Below are positions 18,599 through 27,213 of a stretch of 64,000 nt of DNA, in pieces. The stretch comes from a virus: the IMG/VR virus record IMGVR_UViG_3300046323_000419, positions 1 to 64,000 of that record; one strand, written 5' to 3'. The notes under the pieces were generated by a model that searched no databases, was not told where the DNA came from, and saw only the letters and a list, made by a program, of their open reading frames with translations. How positions within the stretch are numbered: the stretch's first letter is position 1; the number at the start of each line of letters is the position of its first letter. Both the position numbers and the translations under genes were made by a program.

Positions 18599-18851
18599 AA
18601 TTAAATCACCTAAGTAAGTGGCGAAAATTAATTATTTATTGTATTAAAATTGTAGTATTTAGTGTCTTCGTCTAATAAGCGTACTAGCAGTAAATAATTT
18701 TAATAATTTAAATAATAATTAACTCTTACAAATTTTGTTATTGTAATATTATTAAAGATCTGACGTTATCACTTATAAATAAGTTTCCTGAATTGTCTGT
18801 TTGATTATAATAACTAATTCCTAGCCATTTTAAGGATTAGGTGATTTAATT
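18599..18851. ncRNA. candidate structured non-coding element bounded by a 15-bp inverted repeat
   Basis: aattaaatcacctaa (18599-18613) / ttaggtgatttaatt (18837-18851), with nested stems. Confidence 0.45.
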
Positions 18852-18858
18852 TAAGATT

Positions 18859-19116
18859 TTATTTATTTTTAGTAGTAAACCACCAACAACTATCGGGATT
18901 AGTTAATTCTAAAATTATTAATGATACCAATCCAAATAATATAAAAATTGGTGAAAGCATTATTAATAAACCTAGGCTAGATAAATTATTTTTTTTATGA
19001 AAATTCCAATAACTTTCATTATATCTTACATACCAATATTTTAATACTCCATGATATTCTCTCCATACAGCTATTATACCTAGTAATAACCATATAATTA
19101 TAGATAAAATGTACAT
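18859..19116 (-). CDS. small membrane protein
   Basis: Two hydrophobic segments. Confidence 0.65.
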   Translation of the reverse strand: MYILSIIIWLLLGIIAVWREYHGVLKYWYVRYNESYWNFHKKNNLSSLGLLIMLSPIFILFGLVSLIILELTNPDSCWWFTTKNK

Positions 19117-19117
19117 A

Positions 19118-19507
19118 TTATTGTAAAATTACATTGCCAATATTAAATCTAAGTCTTTTGTTATTTGTTAAAGCATCAACAAATTGTTTTTGAAAAGTTC
19201 TCAAAGAATGTTTGAAACTTAATGAATTAAATTTTTGAAATTCTTTATAATCTCTTTTGGCTACTTTTCTTTCATTTTTAGTGAAATGAAGTTCTTTTTC
19301 TGTTGTAATTGATTCATTTGTTTCAGAATCAATAGTGTACGATATAGCTCTTTTATCCCAAGCTGTATCTTCAAATAATTTATGAAGTTGAGCTTCTGTT
19401 TTTTGACGACCTTTTTCATCAACAAAAGCTTGTTTGTTAATAGGTTGTGCAATTTTAGCACCATTTGCTAATGTGTACGTTACTGTTGTAAATTTTTCTG
19501 TGTTCAT
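19118..19507 (-). CDS. hypothetical protein
   Basis: 129 aa ORF. Confidence 0.7.
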   Translation of the reverse strand: MNTEKFTTVTYTLANGAKIAQPINKQAFVDEKGRQKTEAQLHKLFEDTAWDKRAISYTIDSETNESITTEKELHFTKNERKVAKRDYKEFQKFNSLSFKHSLRTFQKQFVDALTNNKRLRFNIGNVILQ

Positions 19508-19799
19508 AATTTTAATATTTAGTTGTTTTTAATTTATTTAATTTAATTTTTAATAATAAATAGGTTATATTCGAATACAAATATAATTAAATTTCTACGG
19601 CAGTATAGTCAAATACCTATTTTAATTTTATAAAATAACATTGTAGGTTGTCAATCTACATTTCCCCAATTATAAGTTTTATTCTTATATAAACTGAAAT
19701 GAACTCAAATTTACTGCTTATAATTGTTACTCCTACTAGAAAGGGTGCTAGACATTTGCACTAAATGTTATTTATTCACAGTTTACACGGACTGTATTG

Positions 19800-20206
19800 T
19801 GGAGATGGGCGGATTCGAACCGCCGTGTTCCTTGCATTCGTTATATAATTTTATACAGCTTATTGTAAAATTTAATCTTTAATGTCCTTTAAAAACTACT
19901 AAATGTGGACTTTTAATTTACTTCCTATTACTTTATGAACTGGTAAATTAACAGAATCCTCATAACCGTCGATAGGATACGTGTGATTGTATTACTACAA
20001 TCGTTTTAAACTATGCTGCCAATTCTAATTCATTATAAATGATATCATTAGATTTAACTTTAGTTCCACCGTTTAAGATGTTATGAACTACTTGCATATT
20101 TGCTGATACTTGATCTTTGCCGTTTAAAAATATTCACCTTAGTTTACAGTTATCTCTCTGGCTGAATTATATAATTATTAACAATGAGTCAATTCCAGTC
20201 ATCCCC
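19800..20206 (-). ncRNA. ssrA: tmRNA
   Basis: 5' GGGGATGACTGGAATTGAC; 3' GGCGG-TTCGAAT-CCGCC CATCTCC A; G3-U wobble (Ala identity); internal frame ending ...YNELELAA-stop (TAG at 20011-20013). Confidence 0.93.
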
Positions 20207-20645
20207 TTATTTATTTTATTATAAAAACCACTAGAACTAATTATTAATTCCAGTGGTTAGTTTTGTAGCAAACTAAAACTTATTATATGCTACTCTTCTT
20301 CAAAGACTTTTGTCTATGTCAGTGTTTATTTTGTTTTAATTTGAATATTTAATATATAATATTATTGATGTCATAATAATAATGACACAAAATATTGTTG
20401 TACTAAATATTAAATTAGGATGTTTAGAATGATTTTGTGAAAGAATATATCTTTCTATTTTATTTCTATTCATATTCTTTTAATAGATTTTGTGTTATTA
20501 AAAATGATAATGTTGATATTAATCCCCCACCAAAACAGTAGAAAAATATGTCTTGAGTATAAGTTGTAAATATTATATATAAACCTAATAATAGAAATAA
20601 TATCCCCATAATTCCAAATGCTAATGATAATGTTTTCATAGTTTG

Positions 20646-20843
20646 TTATTTATTTTTTAATCCTGTTGTTATACAATGTATTAAATTAACAACTGTTAAT
20701 AATAATAATATATTGTATATTATGGGTAAATTTTCAGTATTATTAATTGTTCCCCAAAACATCATTGATAAAAATAATATTACTGATGTTATAAACCATA
20801 TTTCCCATTTAGTTTGCTGTGGATCATTTGAATATGTTGACAT
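20646..20843 (-). CDS. small membrane protein
   Basis: Two hydrophobic segments. Confidence 0.65.
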   Translation of the reverse strand: MSTYSNDPQQTKWEIWFITSVILFLSMMFWGTINNTENLPIIYNILLLLTVVNLIHCITTGLKNK

Positions 20844-20865
20844 AATTTAGTTAATTTAGTTAATG

Positions 20866-20896
20866 AAAAATAGAGGTGACATTGTGATCACCTCTA
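20866..20896 (-). terminator. intrinsic terminator
   Basis: TAGAGGTGA/TCACCTCTA stem followed by T5 on the minus strand. Confidence 0.7.
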
Positions 20897-21607
20897 TGTA
20901 CTTATATAATATTTATAACGATCGATATTTATATTATATAATCTGTATTTTCATTACACTGAAAACATCTAAAAACAATGTACAATTATTTTAAGTTTCC
21001 CAATTGTAAAATGGATACGATTAATTTTAAGTCATCATCAGGACTACAATATTTTAATGTGATATTATTGAAATGTCCACATTGGTTGTCGTTTACCATA
21101 TAACTTTAAAGATATATAGGTAATAAATTTGTCTGAGTTTTTCATAATTTGTTTTATTTAGTTAGTAATTAATATAAATTTGTAATAAATTGTGTGTGAA
21201 TATATGTAGAATAACTCAATTGAGTTGGTTATATTATTGATGTAAAAGCTATAAGTATAAAAATAATAGGCTTGGTTACCCTATTTGACCGTGTACCAGG
21301 TTGAAGGTGTTGATGTAATACAACATGTTTATTAACAACGTAACAATAGTTATCTCAACGTTTAAAGTGTCGTACGTCACTCCTTTACTATTTTATTCCG
21401 ACTTTACGGATAACTGTATCATTGGTAAAAGTTGCAACTTTACAATCAGTATTTGAGAGTTCACATCTGTACTCACAACAATAATACTAAATCTTTAATC
21501 CTTTATTTCTAAATATTCCATTTAATATTTATACCTTAATATATAGGTGTAATTTATTGTAATAGTCACCAATTAAAGTTTTAGCAATTATAAGTGTATG
21601 TCAGATA

Positions 21608-21615
21608 CAAAAGTA
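21608..21615 (-). promoter_or_regulatory. Bacteroidetes-type -7 promoter element
   Basis: TACTTTTG on the minus strand, upstream of the leftward small-gene region. Confidence 0.5.
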
Positions 21616-21745
21616 CAACATAATATTAACTAAAACTTAATTGACAACATTAACCTATTATAACTTATTATATGATTTACTTGGGTCTTTCAAAGGTTTA
21701 GACAATTTATTATAATCATCACACATAATAAGTTATTATAGAGTC

Positions 21746-21778
21746 AAAAAAATATAAGGACCCCGAAGAGCCCCTATA
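21746..21778 (-). terminator. intrinsic terminator with cUUCGg loop
   Basis: TATAGGGGCTC-TTCG-GGGTCCTTATA then T7, right after the stop at 21781. Confidence 0.85.
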
Positions 21779-21780
21779 GA

Positions 21781-22173
21781 TTATGCTTCAACCGCAATAG
21801 GTTTAGCTGTTTCAACAACAGTATCGAAGTCAAGACCAAAGTCTTCTTCAGTTGCATTGTTACCACCAGCAATAAGATGTGAAGTTCTGATATACATCTT
21901 ACCGTCGTCACCTTTAGAGACAGTTGATAAGAATGTATCACCAATCTTCATACCATGATTGAATGATTTAGCAAAGATTTGTGTAGTAACACCTTTCTTC
22001 TCTTCACCATTAGCGTTGATGAAATCAACAGAACCAAGATAATACATATTCTCTACACCAGAGGCATTGGTAAACTTTTGTGGAGAATTGGTATTAATTG
22101 ACACTAGAGTTGCAGGAAAGTTGAACTCTGTTTTACCTGTAACAGGATTTACGATTGCTTTGAAATTTGACAT
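21781..22173 (-). CDS. hypothetical protein, first gene of the left arm (possibly OB-fold)
   Basis: Probable start MSNFKAIV at 22173; beta-rich with acidic tail; own terminator. Confidence 0.75.
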   Translation of the reverse strand: MSNFKAIVNPVTGKTEFNFPATLVSINTNSPQKFTNASGVENMYYLGSVDFINANGEEKKGVTTQIFAKSFNHGMKIGDTFLSTVSKGDDGKMYIRTSHLIAGGNNATEEDFGLDFDTVVETAKPIAVEA

Positions 22174-22332
22174 AACGATTATAGTTTTTAAATTAGATTG
22201 GGGGAACATCCCCAAAATTTGAAAAGAGTGGGGGTGACTTCTTAGGTTATTTACCATTCACGACCAATATATTTTTTTTGAAAAATTTTAAAAAAAGTTT
22301 AAAAAAAATTTGGAATTGATAAAATAATTCCG

Positions 22333-22340
22333 TATATTTG
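22333..22340 (+). promoter_or_regulatory. Bacteroidetes-type -7 promoter element
   Basis: TATATTTG with upstream TTG; 16 nt before ORF 22357. Confidence 0.7.
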
Positions 22341-22356
22341 TATAAATAATAAATTT

Positions 22357-22683
22357 ATGAGAAAAACAACTATCAATATTCCAATTTATCAATGTAAATT
22401 AACTATAATCCTAGATAAAGATTTATCATATATAACTAAAAAGTATAAAACTATTGATTTATCAGATTATGGTGCAGTAACTATGAGAATTCCAAATAAA
22501 CATAGTGAATACATTATATCATTTGAATATAGTGAAGGTTCTATTATTGCACACGAAATAACTCATCTAGTTAATTACATATTTGAAGATAGAGGTATTA
22601 AATTAGATATTAAAAATGATGAACCTCAAGCTTATTTAACAGGTTGGTTATTTAAAGAAATAGATAAGTTCTTAAATAAATGA
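22357..22683 (+). CDS. small zinc metallopeptidase-like protein
   Basis: IIAHEITH (HExxH) plus downstream DEPQAY. Confidence 0.75.
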   Translation: MRKTTINIPIYQCKLTIILDKDLSYITKKYKTIDLSDYGAVTMRIPNKHSEYIISFEYSEGSIIAHEITHLVNYIFEDRGIKLDIKNDEPQAYLTGWLFKEIDKFLNK

Positions 22684-22686
22684 TGT

Positions 22687-22765
22687 AAACGCTATAGGTG
22701 AGTAACAATTTATGTAAAATAAATCACTTTTTATTAGGATTTTAAATAAAAGTTTCGTATCTTTG
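22687..22765 (+). promoter_or_regulatory. promoter: AAACGCTAT box plus TATCTTTG
   Basis: Box at 22687-22695, -7 element at 22758-22765. Confidence 0.7.
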
Positions 22766-22774
22766 TAACTCAGT

Positions 22775-22948
22775 AAAATAATTACGCAACTTATATAGGT
22801 GGTTGTTGCTATTTCACAGTATATTAATATACAATCCAGGGCAAAAGAGGATATGTGAGTAGATAACGGGTTTTAAGGGTATGACGACTTCAACAAACTA
22901 TATAAGCCAAGGTGTTTCTCAGAAAGCAAATTCTGGGGAAACCCTTTT
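22775..22948 (+). ncRNA. candidate small RNA
   Basis: ORF-free unit between a promoter and a terminator-like hairpin (22910-22948); closing stem cttatatag/ctatataag. Confidence 0.5.
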
Positions 22949-23017
22949 GTGTTTAATTGTTAACTAATTATTTAAATAAACTTATAATAATATTATAGTT
23001 ATAGGAAACTTATATTT

Positions 23018-23050
23018 AGACCTTTCACAACAGTGTTAGGTCTTTTTTTT
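23018..23050 (+). terminator. intrinsic terminator
   Basis: agacct...aggtct followed by a T run. Confidence 0.7.
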
Positions 23051-23101
23051 GCACTAATTTGAACTATTTTATACTTTTTATTAAAATAATTGATAAAAAG
23101 C

Positions 23102-23132
23102 TTGCATATGTCAAAATAATGTTGTATCTTTG
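23102..23132 (+). promoter_or_regulatory. Bacteroidetes-type promoter
   Basis: TTG (23102) and TATCTTTG (23125-23132). Confidence 0.75.
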
Positions 23133-23436
23133 CATAAGAATTAAAATAATAGATAATGAAAGAAGATAATACACAATATTTTAATGACGAATGGAATAAT
23201 ATGAAACCTTCAGATTTTATTGAAAAATATACTAAGATATTAGATAAAGAAGGTGTTCCTCAAAATATAGTTTTAAGAGAGGGAGAGAAGGAATTTATAA
23301 ATAATTATTATAAAAATAAAGATGTTAATAAATAACTTTCAACAATTAGAATGTAGATGTAATCTACCAAGACCAAATAGTTTTACAGGTAATTGTACAA
23401 TATGTAATAAAATAATTAAACCAATAGTAGACAAAG

Positions 23437-23709
23437 ATGCTGATAAATATACAAAATAAAGTTACAGAAATAGAAAATCATATTATAGATAATCAAAAAG
23501 ATATTTTTAATATGTATAATCATTATACTAAAAAATGGAGAGGTTCTAGAATAAATGATCTAAACGTTGGTTTATTCTTAGGAGATGGTAATATACCAAC
23601 AGTTCAAATTTTTGCTAGAAACAAGACAGGTTACATTAAGAAACATATATTGTTTAATAAAACTGGAGATACAATTATAGATACTAAAATTTTAAATACT
23701 ACTTTTTAA
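23437..23709 (+). CDS. hypothetical protein
   Basis: 90 aa, coupled to the next gene. Confidence 0.6.
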   Translation: MLINIQNKVTEIENHIIDNQKDIFNMYNHYTKKWRGSRINDLNVGLFLGDGNIPTVQIFARNKTGYIKKHILFNKTGDTIIDTKILNTTF

Positions 23710-23912
23710 TGAAAAACGGAGAACTTATAGATTTAAGAACTGAAGAAGAAATTAATACTGAAAATAAAATGTTTAGAAATAAAATTAACAACCCTAAAGA
23801 ATTAGAATATTGGAGAAATATATTTCCAACTAAAACTGATAATGAATTAGAAGAATATAGAACTAAGTGGAGTAAAGAGAATCCTAAATATTTAAAATTT
23901 AAAAATTTATAA
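23709..23912 (+). CDS. hypothetical protein
   Basis: TAATG overlap with the upstream gene. Confidence 0.6.
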   Translation: MKNGELIDLRTEEEINTENKMFRNKINNPKELEYWRNIFPTKTDNELEEYRTKWSKENPKYLKFKNL

Positions 23913-23914
23913 TA

Positions 23915-24157
23915 ATGCATACATTCAGTAAAAACGGAATAAGAAAGAAAAATGTTTTAGATAAACTTAATACTAAAAAACAAGTTAAAACATTTTATAC
24001 TAAGTTAAAACAGATTAATGAATTATCTGATTATCTTAAAACATTAGAAGAACCTGTTACAGAAAATAACATTGATTCTATTGTACCAGAGTTAATTGGT
24101 AGAGATTTAGATTCAATGGAAAAGAATTTAATATTAAATCGACTAAGTAATGAGTAA
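23915..24157 (+). CDS. hypothetical protein
   Basis: Tightly packed ORF. Confidence 0.6.
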   Translation: MHTFSKNGIRKKNVLDKLNTKKQVKTFYTKLKQINELSDYLKTLEEPVTENNIDSIVPELIGRDLDSMEKNLILNRLSNE

Positions 24158-24428
24158 GGAAATAACACTAAATAATATCTATAACTTCATAGAAGGTAAT
24201 ATTAGATTAAGAACTAAGACTCTTCAACCTACACATATTAAAGAACAGATTGCACATAGGTTATTAAAATGTTCTAATGATTGTGCTAAGAAAGGAGAAT
24301 GTATTATATGTGGTTGTGATTTTCCAGATAGAGCATATTCTACAGAATCTTGTAACACCGAACGTTTTCCTAATTTTTTATCAAAAATAGATTGGGAATT
24401 ATATAAAATAGATAATAAAATTGAATAA
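24150..24428 (+). CDS. Cys-rich zinc-binding protein
   Basis: CSNDCAKKGECIICGC...C. Confidence 0.7.
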   Translation: MSKEITLNNIYNFIEGNIRLRTKTLQPTHIKEQIAHRLLKCSNDCAKKGECIICGCDFPDRAYSTESCNTERFPNFLSKIDWELYKIDNKIE

Positions 24429-24644
24429 ATGCAGAAAGAATATACAATATACGAAAAAGATTTAAAGAAAGCTTTAGATCAATTAGATACCTTTCAAACT
24501 AAAATGGAATTGTTTACAGGTAAATATCCTAGATTTAGTTATACTGTAAATGTTAATAAACAAAAAGATGGATGGTTAATACTATTAAATATTAAAACTA
24601 AAGATGAGCAAAGAAATACTCAAACAGCTCAACAAACTGTATAA
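24429..24644 (+). CDS. hypothetical protein
   Basis: Abuts the upstream stop. Confidence 0.6.
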   Translation: MQKEYTIYEKDLKKALDQLDTFQTKMELFTGKYPRFSYTVNVNKQKDGWLILLNIKTKDEQRNTQTAQQTV

Positions 24645-24930
24645 GCATGTTGAGTATTATAATACATACACTCCGTTCCCTTTTTATGATACGGAGTGGC
24701 AACAAAATATAAAGAATTATATAAATGAAATTAAAATGGAAAAGAAAGATTACGATAAAGAACCAGTCTTTGCTTGCAAACATTGTAGTACATTAGTTGT
24801 ACCTAATCAATATGAAGTAGATGATGATGGTAATGAAATATGTGGTAGATGTGGAAGTGTAAACGATGTGAAAGAATATAAAAATATATTTGAATATAAT
24901 AAAGAACAGAAGATTAAACCTAAATATTAA
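24604..24930 (+). CDS. zinc-ribbon protein
   Basis: CKHC ... CGRCGS. Confidence 0.7.
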   Translation: MSKEILKQLNKLYKHVEYYNTYTPFPFYDTEWQQNIKNYINEIKMEKKDYDKEPVFACKHCSTLVVPNQYEVDDDGNEICGRCGSVNDVKEYKNIFEYNKEQKIKPKY

Positions 24931-24932
24931 TT

Positions 24933-25313
24933 ATGGAGAACGTTAAAGAAGCAAATATAAATGTAAAAATTAAGAATTTCTTCTTTAGATATATTGAGTT
25001 TTTAAAACCTTTTCATAAACTTCAGAAACAACATTATACAGTGGTTGCTTTATTATTATATTATCATTATCAATTCTCTAAAGAGATTACTAATAATAAA
25101 ATATTATGGAAAACAGTATTTGATTATGATACTAAAATTCTAATCACAGATGAACTAGGTATTACAACACAAGGATTAGAGAATATATATACTAAACTTA
25201 GAAAGTCTAAAGTTATAATTGATAATGAAATATCATCTGTATATATTCCTCAAATGAATAAGAAGAATAAAGTGTTTACTATTAATATTAATTTTAACAT
25301 TATAGATGGATAA
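24933..25313 (+). CDS. winged-helix DNA-binding protein
   Basis: ITDELGITTQGLENIYTKLRKSKVI HTH-like pattern. Confidence 0.6.
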   Translation: MENVKEANINVKIKNFFFRYIEFLKPFHKLQKQHYTVVALLLYYHYQFSKEITNNKILWKTVFDYDTKILITDELGITTQGLENIYTKLRKSKVIIDNEISSVYIPQMNKKNKVFTININFNIIDG

Positions 25314-25728
25314 ATATTATACACCAGAAATAGAAGAATTTTATGTTGGGTTTGAATACGAAACTTCTTATCTACAAGATTATGATACTTGGAAAAAAGA
25401 AGTTTTAGAAAAAGATGATGTAGGATATTTTCATTCTATTTATTTTGGAGATGCTGTTTCTACTGAATTTAGAGTTAAATATTTAGATAAAGAAGATATT
25501 GAAAGTTTAGGTTGGTTTCATAAATATGATGATTTTTCATTTGGAGAATTTATTAAATCTAAAAACGAAGAAGTTGATTATCATTTAACTTTTGATTACG
25601 ACAATAAAAGTTTAATTGTAGGATTGTATAATAGTGAAGATACTGAATTTTATGATAATATATTTATAGGAAATATTAAAAATAAATCTGAACTTAAAAA
25701 ACTTTTAAAACAATTACAAATTGGATAA
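25306..25728 (+). CDS. hypothetical phage protein
   Basis: YYTPEIEEFYVGFEYE, RVKYLDKEDIESLGW, IKNKSELKKL. Confidence 0.7.
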   Translation: MDKYYTPEIEEFYVGFEYETSYLQDYDTWKKEVLEKDDVGYFHSIYFGDAVSTEFRVKYLDKEDIESLGWFHKYDDFSFGEFIKSKNEEVDYHLTFDYDNKSLIVGLYNSEDTEFYDNIFIGNIKNKSELKKLLKQLQIG

Positions 25729-26020
25729 AATTCAAGAGAAGAAAGTAAATGATATTATTCATACAATAGGTTTAAATAATAACCTTAGAGATTGTGAAGT
25801 AAAAGAAATAGTTGAATCACAGTTTAGGTTTATGTATGAGGAGATTAAGAAAATGTCATTAGATACAATGACTGCGGAAGAAATTGATAATTGTAAAACA
25901 AACTTCTTTTTTAAATACTTAGGAAAAGTATATACATCAGGAGAAATAGTAGATAAACATAAATATAGAATACAAAAAAGCAAAGAAGAAAAGGATGAGA
26001 GAGAACGTAACCGCATATGA
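25721..26020 (+). CDS. HU/IHF-like DNA-binding protein
   Basis: Helix pair followed by FFFKYLGKVY; position upstream of terminase as in crAss-like phages. Confidence 0.55.
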   Translation: MDKIQEKKVNDIIHTIGLNNNLRDCEVKEIVESQFRFMYEEIKKMSLDTMTAEEIDNCKTNFFFKYLGKVYTSGEIVDKHKYRIQKSKEEKDERERNRI

Positions 26021-26375
26021 TGCAGTAGAGATTAGTAAAGAGTGGTTAGAACAACCAATGTTTAATAAAGTAGTGATTACTTTAAATACAGAGAATACAT
26101 TAGATAGTTTAGATTTATCTGATAATGCAATGAGTCAGTTTCAATACGTTATTGCTAAAGGTTCAAATGTAATAAGTGTTGAAGTGGGAGACAAAGTTAG
26201 ACTTAGTTTAGATAAGATGACAAGTAAGAAAGTTAATCCCAATAATACACATGAGGATATTACAACAATTGAATTAGATCCTATTGAATTTGATGGTAAA
26301 ATATTTGCAATTATTGAAGATAGATTAATTAAAACTAGATTTACAAATTCTAAAGAACTACAAACAAACGAATAA
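25995..26375 (+). CDS. GroES-like co-chaperonin
   Basis: PMFNKVVI, VIAKG, VEVGDKV, IEFDGKIFAIIEDRLI match the Cpn10 strand pattern. Confidence 0.7.
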   Translation: MRENVTAYDAVEISKEWLEQPMFNKVVITLNTENTLDSLDLSDNAMSQFQYVIAKGSNVISVEVGDKVRLSLDKMTSKKVNPNNTHEDITTIELDPIEFDGKIFAIIEDRLIKTRFTNSKELQTNE

Positions 26376-26388
26376 ATTATAATTAAAT

Positions 26389-26583
26389 ATGGACAAAAAA
26401 CAAGGATTAGGTATTATTGAACAAGCTTTACAAATAGCAAATAGTAAAGGTGCTTTTAAATTAGAAGAATCTTCTACAATTTTTACAGCATTAACTGTAG
26501 TTAAAAATACCTTACAAGAATCTGTAGAATCTGTAGAATCTGTAGAAGTTAAAGAAGAACTACCAAAAGTTAAAACTAAGTAA
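26389..26583 (+). CDS. small hypothetical protein
   Basis: 64 aa with ESV x3 encoded by a 9-bp tandem repeat. Confidence 0.7.
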   Translation: MDKKQGLGIIEQALQIANSKGAFKLEESSTIFTALTVVKNTLQESVESVESVEVKEELPKVKTK

Positions 26584-26592
26584 TTAAACTAT

Positions 26593-26622
26593 AACCCAAC
26601 CTGAGAAATCTAGTTGGGTTTT
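26593..26622 (+). terminator. intrinsic terminator
   Basis: aacccaac/gttgggtt stem plus T. Confidence 0.6.
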
Positions 26623-26647
26623 ATAGGTATAAAACAAAATTAAAAAT

Positions 26648-27211
26648 ATGAATGGATTTTTGTTAAAAGATGGTGTTCTAACTGTAGAAGATCAGTTATG
26701 GGGATTGGAACCCTTTAAAAAAATATTAAAGCGCGATAAGAGTCGTAATAAAGATTTAGCATTAAAAGAGATGTTATTTATATATTACTATACAGATATT
26801 AAATCTGATTATCTAATTATAGATATTAAATTTAGAACTGAAGAAATCATAAAAGATTTACAACTTTCTGATAATTGGAAAATAGATTCTGTAATGCAAG
26901 ATGCAATTAATTTCTATGAAGAAAGAAGTTTAACTGTTATTGGTAAATTGTATAAAAATGCTTTATTAGCTGCTAATGATATATCAGAATATCTAACTAA
27001 GACTAAAGAGTTATTAGAAGAACGTGATGATAGAAACAAACCAGTGACTACTCTAACAACTATTGTAGGTGGTATTAGTAAGATTAAAGTTGTAATGCAG
27101 GATTTAAAAGCTGCAGAAAAAGAATTGATTAAAGAGAAAGTAGAAACTGAAGGGCGTATGAAAGGTCAACAACAAATGGGTATGTTTGAATCTGGCTTAC
27201 AAATAAATTAA
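26648..27211 (+). CDS. packaging-region protein, possible terminase small subunit
   Basis: Helical protein upstream of the terminase; TerS call rests on position only. Confidence 0.5.
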   Translation: MNGFLLKDGVLTVEDQLWGLEPFKKILKRDKSRNKDLALKEMLFIYYYTDIKSDYLIIDIKFRTEEIIKDLQLSDNWKIDSVMQDAINFYEERSLTVIGKLYKNALLAANDISEYLTKTKELLEERDDRNKPVTTLTTIVGGISKIKVVMQDLKAAEKELIKEKVETEGRMKGQQQMGMFESGLQIN

Positions 27212-27213
27212 TT

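Noticed and set aside
20990-21050. Possible hammerhead ribozyme (minus-strand CTGATGA ... GAAAC)
   Set aside because: Stems II and III cannot be formed convincingly around the core
22174-22257. N-terminal extension of ORF 21781..22257
   Set aside because: Runs through the G-run/hairpin regulatory region; the ATG at 22173 has better context
26518-26547. 9-bp tandem repeat gaatctgta x3
   Set aside because: In-frame low-complexity expansion (ESV) with no sign of a phase-variation role
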